DNA of 64,000 nucleotides from a bacterium (GTDB lineage Bacteria; Acidobacteriota; Polarisedimenticolia; Polarisedimenticolales; Polarisedimenticolaceae): NCBI GenBank assembly GCA_024226515.1, contig JAAELQ010000057.1, positions 12,723 to 76,722 of the forward strand, read 5' to 3'. Shown piece by piece: positions 63,397 to 64,000 of this stretch (position 1 is its first letter; each line of letters starts with the position of its first letter). The notes under the pieces were generated by a model. It saw only the letters and a program-made list of their open reading frames with translations, ran no database searches and was not told where the DNA came from. The position numbers and the translations under genes were made by a program.

Positions 63397-64000
63397 ATGA
63401 GAATCTTGGTGATCGAGGACGACGCGCCCATCCGGCGCGGGCTGTGCGATGCGTTGCGCTTCGCCGGCTACGCGGTCGAGGAATGTCCGACGGGAGACGA
63501 GGCGCTGGCCATGGCCTGCGCCGCGTCTCCCGATCTGCTGCTGCTGGACGTGGTGCTTCCCGGCAAGGACGGCTTCGAGATCCTGCGCGAGCTGCGTAGC
63601 TCGCATCCACAGTTGCCGGTGATCATGCTCACCGCGCGCGGGGCCGAGGAAGACCGCGTGCGAGGACTCAAGCTCGGCGCCGACGACTACGTGGTCAAAC
63701 CGTTCAGCGCCACCGAGCTGCTGGCGCGCGTGGAGGCGGTGTTGCGGCGCTCGGCCGAGCGCCCCAGCGACCTGCGCGAGCTGCGGCTCGCCGACCGCAC
63801 CGTGCAGCTGGAGCTGGGCCACGTCGTGCTGCCGAACGGCGACACGCGCCGCCTCTCCGATCTCGAGACGCGGCTGCTGCGATACCTGGCGGTCAACCGC
63901 GGACGTCCGGTCGATCGCAAGGAGCTGCTGCAGCGAGTCTGGAGCGGCAACGCTCACGAGATGGAAACCCGCGCCGTGGACATGCACGTCCGCCGTCTGC
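63397..64000 (+). CDS. OmpR-family response regulator, 5' part (runs off the window end), paralog of the REC-wHTH part of 36274..37860
   Basis: It is not in the ORF track because there is no stop in the window. The ATG at 63397 gives MRILVIEDDAPIRRGLCDALRFAGYAVEECPTGDEALAMACAASPDLLLLDVVLPGKDGFEILRELRSSHPQLPVIMLTARGAEEDRVRGLKLGADDYVVKPFSATELLARVEAVLRR, then a wHTH start (...RLLRYLAVNRGRPVDRKELLQRVW...). The frame is open to base 64000. Confidence 0.85.
   Translation, partial: MRILVIEDDAPIRRGLCDALRFAGYAVEECPTGDEALAMACAASPDLLLLDVVLPGKDGFEILRELRSSHPQLPVIMLTARGAEEDRVRGLKLGADDYVVKPFSATELLARVEAVLRRSAERPSDLRELRLADRTVQLELGHVVLPNGDTRRLSDLETRLLRYLAVNRGRPVDRKELLQRVWSGNAHEMETRAVDMHVRRL

Overview
High-GC (about two-thirds G+C by eye), almost gap-free coding segment from a diderm bacterium, judged from TolC-, OmpA- and RND-type genes and lipoboxes. 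I call about 53 protein-coding genes. I found no rRNA, tRNA, CRISPR array, transposase, integrase or phage gene. Main content, in order: (i) 1-7.5 kb holds co-directional secreted-protein genes: a P-domain protein 3' end, two tandem CRTAC1/ASPIC-like FG-GAP paralogs and an S8 subtilase. (ii) 8.3-14.7 kb is a czcCBA-type heavy-metal RND operon led by a small His-rich ORF. (iii) 16.8-23.0 kb is an eight-gene plus-strand operon: ArsR, OsmC, Psr/Phs-like molybdoenzyme ABC, two half-size YeeE/YedE proteins and a rhodanese. It faces a convergent class-V PLP enzyme gene. (iv) Next come outer-membrane proteins, a NIF-Nudix fusion and GTP-PEPCK. (v) 29.4-32.7 kb encodes a 1125-aa HExxH metalloprotease with a P-domain. 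(vi) 32.8-40.7 kb is a signalling neighbourhood: TPR protein, sensor histidine kinase, an unusual REC-wHTH-Ser/Thr-kinase fusion, cupin plus TRASH-like mini-protein, a secreted hydrolase-like protein and a PP2C phosphatase. (vii) 40.7-42.1 kb encodes a secreted protein with a collagen-like/RGD segment and five tandem six-Cys repeats. (viii) Housekeeping and transport genes follow: VOC, PQQ-propeller, GNAT, Na/Pi, Usp, MgtE, RidA, YtfE. (ix) 52.4-57.6 kb is a second RND operon without an outer-membrane factor. Its adaptor carries Cys/His knuckle repeats and it is led by a small Cys-rich ORF. (x) The window ends with ABC-F, a GHL10-type hydrolase, a VWA protein and a truncated OmpR-type regulator. 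The most notable observations are: the REC-wHTH-STK fusion; an FN3-like, Cys-capped C-terminal module on seven otherwise unrelated secreted enzymes; the collagen/RGD plus six-Cys-repeat protein; two secreted proteins ending in -EGC; and matching leaderless-type promoters in front of the two small metal-ligand-rich ORFs. All calls rest on motif reading of the supplied translations and DNA. No database search was possible. Family names are recognition-level assignments and domain boundaries are approximate. Many long ORFs in the track are antisense or alternate-frame shadows typical of high-GC DNA and were discarded.
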